Below are positions 62,334 to 64,000 of a DNA stretch of 64,000 nt, piece after piece (the first letter of the stretch is position 1; every line of letters starts with the position of its first letter). Under the pieces are notes generated by a model. The model worked only from the letters and a program-made list of their open reading frames with translations. It searched no databases and was not told the origin of the DNA. Location: assembly GCA_013115125.1 (NCBI GenBank), contig JABANN010000096.1:1-64000 (forward strand), in the 5' to 3' direction. A program made the position numbers and the translations under genes. This DNA is from Perkinsus olseni (Eukaryota).

Positions 62334-64000
62334 TCAACCTGATATGAAGAAGGTGGACTGTGGTAGGCTCATGAAGTATTTGCAGGAGCAGACCTCGATT
62401 CCGTAGACCCTAACGCTATGGCTATGAAGTTCTCGTCCCCTAGCTATCGTATTTCCTACGATTTCTTCGCTTGTCGTTAGATCTCCCCCAATCCGTTCTA
62501 CTCTAGTTTTGAGCTGAATGCTATTCTGAGAGTAGTGCATGGTTCTCTGGTCCGTTTTCAACCTACCTCACTCCCAATTCTGAATATTCAGATTGTAGCT
62601 CTTCAAGAAAGCGGTCTCTCCATCGGACCCTTGAAGAATGCCTGCGAACTCTTGTCAGCGAGACTCTCTTCTACAGGAAGTCACTTGCAACCTTCGGTGG
62701 CCGACGACGCTACAGGTAGCCCCTATCGGCTGATGATGGCACGATTGCGTCATCAGCTTGAGACGCCATCATTCACCTGCGATTTCCTTCAGCTGAAAAA
62801 CTGCATGTCTCGAGTGAGAAGGTGCTGGAGAACTTCGGTCCACTGGGAGTTGTGAAGTATCTCCTTTGTGTGCGTGCAGATTGATACCACTCCTTTCACT
62901 GCTCCTAGGCACTCGCCTCCGGTTTTACAGGTAGAGGGCTCTACTAGTGGACTTTTTGTACTTCTAAGCTGTATTGCGGAGGTTATGACCGAATTGTAGT
63001 AGATCAGCTCTGGTCCACGCTCACTTTTTCGGGGTCCCACTGGAACCGTCCCAGGTTCGATCCTCGGGGCTCTCGTTTTTCGGCAGGTATCGGAAGAATC
63101 TGGAGACTGTTCGAGAGCAGTGGAGTGTAGTCATGGACGGCAGAGGTAAATGGCATTTCAATGGGGATAGGATACATAGCGAATGCAACTTTTCATGAGC
63201 CTCATTCTCGACGACCTCATTCGAGGTCGTTCATCTTCATCCATCTGCAGTCGCTTCTTTCGACCGCTCGCGCACGCGCCTCGAGTAGTAGCAGCCTTCC
63301 TCTCAGCTCCCCTTCCGTCGGAAGGTTCACCGATGAAGGTAGTAGACTCATCAATGAACATCCCCGACTTGCCGTAGCGCGTCTTCAAGATATCTGCAAC
63401 CTTGAATATGCGCGGCGTTCATTGCAGCTGCCAGCTGCTCACGCCATCCTATTCAGTATCAATGACAGCATACCGCCTACGGCGTAGGCGGTATGCTGTG
63501 ATTGTCACGGCCTCTGATTGATAGCTCCTACGGCCACCTTAAATGCCCTTCCCCAGCCAGGAAAGCCATGTTCTCAGTCATGTTCTTTCTGTCGGCCTGC
63601 TCTTCTCGAACCCTGGTTCTCCAACCATCAGGTATGCGTCGGAGACGTATTGAAGGTACTCGAAGGGCACACGGAGAAGCAAGAGTCATCAGAAGCCCTA
63701 CGGAAATTGGCAATTGACGTGTAGGCTGCTTGAGGGAGAGTGATGGTTATTCAACTCTGTCCTTACTGAGCGAACCCTCCAGGAGGGAAGGGCGCTACGC
63801 TGCTCTCCCAAGGATGGCATTCCTTCTCCTTCGGGATATCCAGGTATAAGCACTGTGAGGAGCTTGCCTCCGATCTTACCCAGACGGCCAATCCCAGCGA
63901 GATTCCACCGCCTAATGTCGGCCGAGGTGCCCAGGAGAAGCGCACTTCGACCATCACCGAAGACATTTTCGTGAGCTCGCGATCCGAACTCGAATCAGCC
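62334..64000 (-). CDS. Hypothetical multi-exon gene, probably entering from beyond the window end
   Basis: Minus-strand AG/GT-bounded segments VADILKTRYGKSGMFIDESTTFI and LKTRVERIGGDLTTSEEI. No family recognised. Confidence 0.35.

Overview
Eukaryotic, intron-rich genomic window with many short GT-AG introns. Gene content and intron style suggest a Perkinsus-like alveolate; this is inference only. Recognisable genes: an MFSD5/MOT2-type MFS transporter (possibly disrupted), a small GYxG-motif protein, an intronless S1/P1 nuclease-family protein with altered metal ligands, S-adenosylmethionine decarboxylase, and two tandem GH20 beta-hexosaminidase paralogs. The first GH20 paralog has lost its catalytic Asp-Glu pair but keeps intact exons. 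There is also a secreted Gly/Asn-rich GGX-repeat protein, an intronless pepsin-family aspartic protease with a pseudogenised paralog, and several hypothetical multi-exon genes. Mobile DNA includes a deleted Gypsy-like LTR element, a GATC-rich TIR element, dispersed repeats and tRNA-derived fragments. The strongest unannotated signal is a recurring scar found across the whole window: 7 nt of an 8-bp target, the reverse complement of that target, then the other 7 nt. I found it perfect 7 times, with one mismatch 6 times, and in extended long-palindrome form 3-5 times. It matches the geometry of hAT-type hairpin excision footprints, and two scars break genes. All exon boundaries were read by eye and are approximate.
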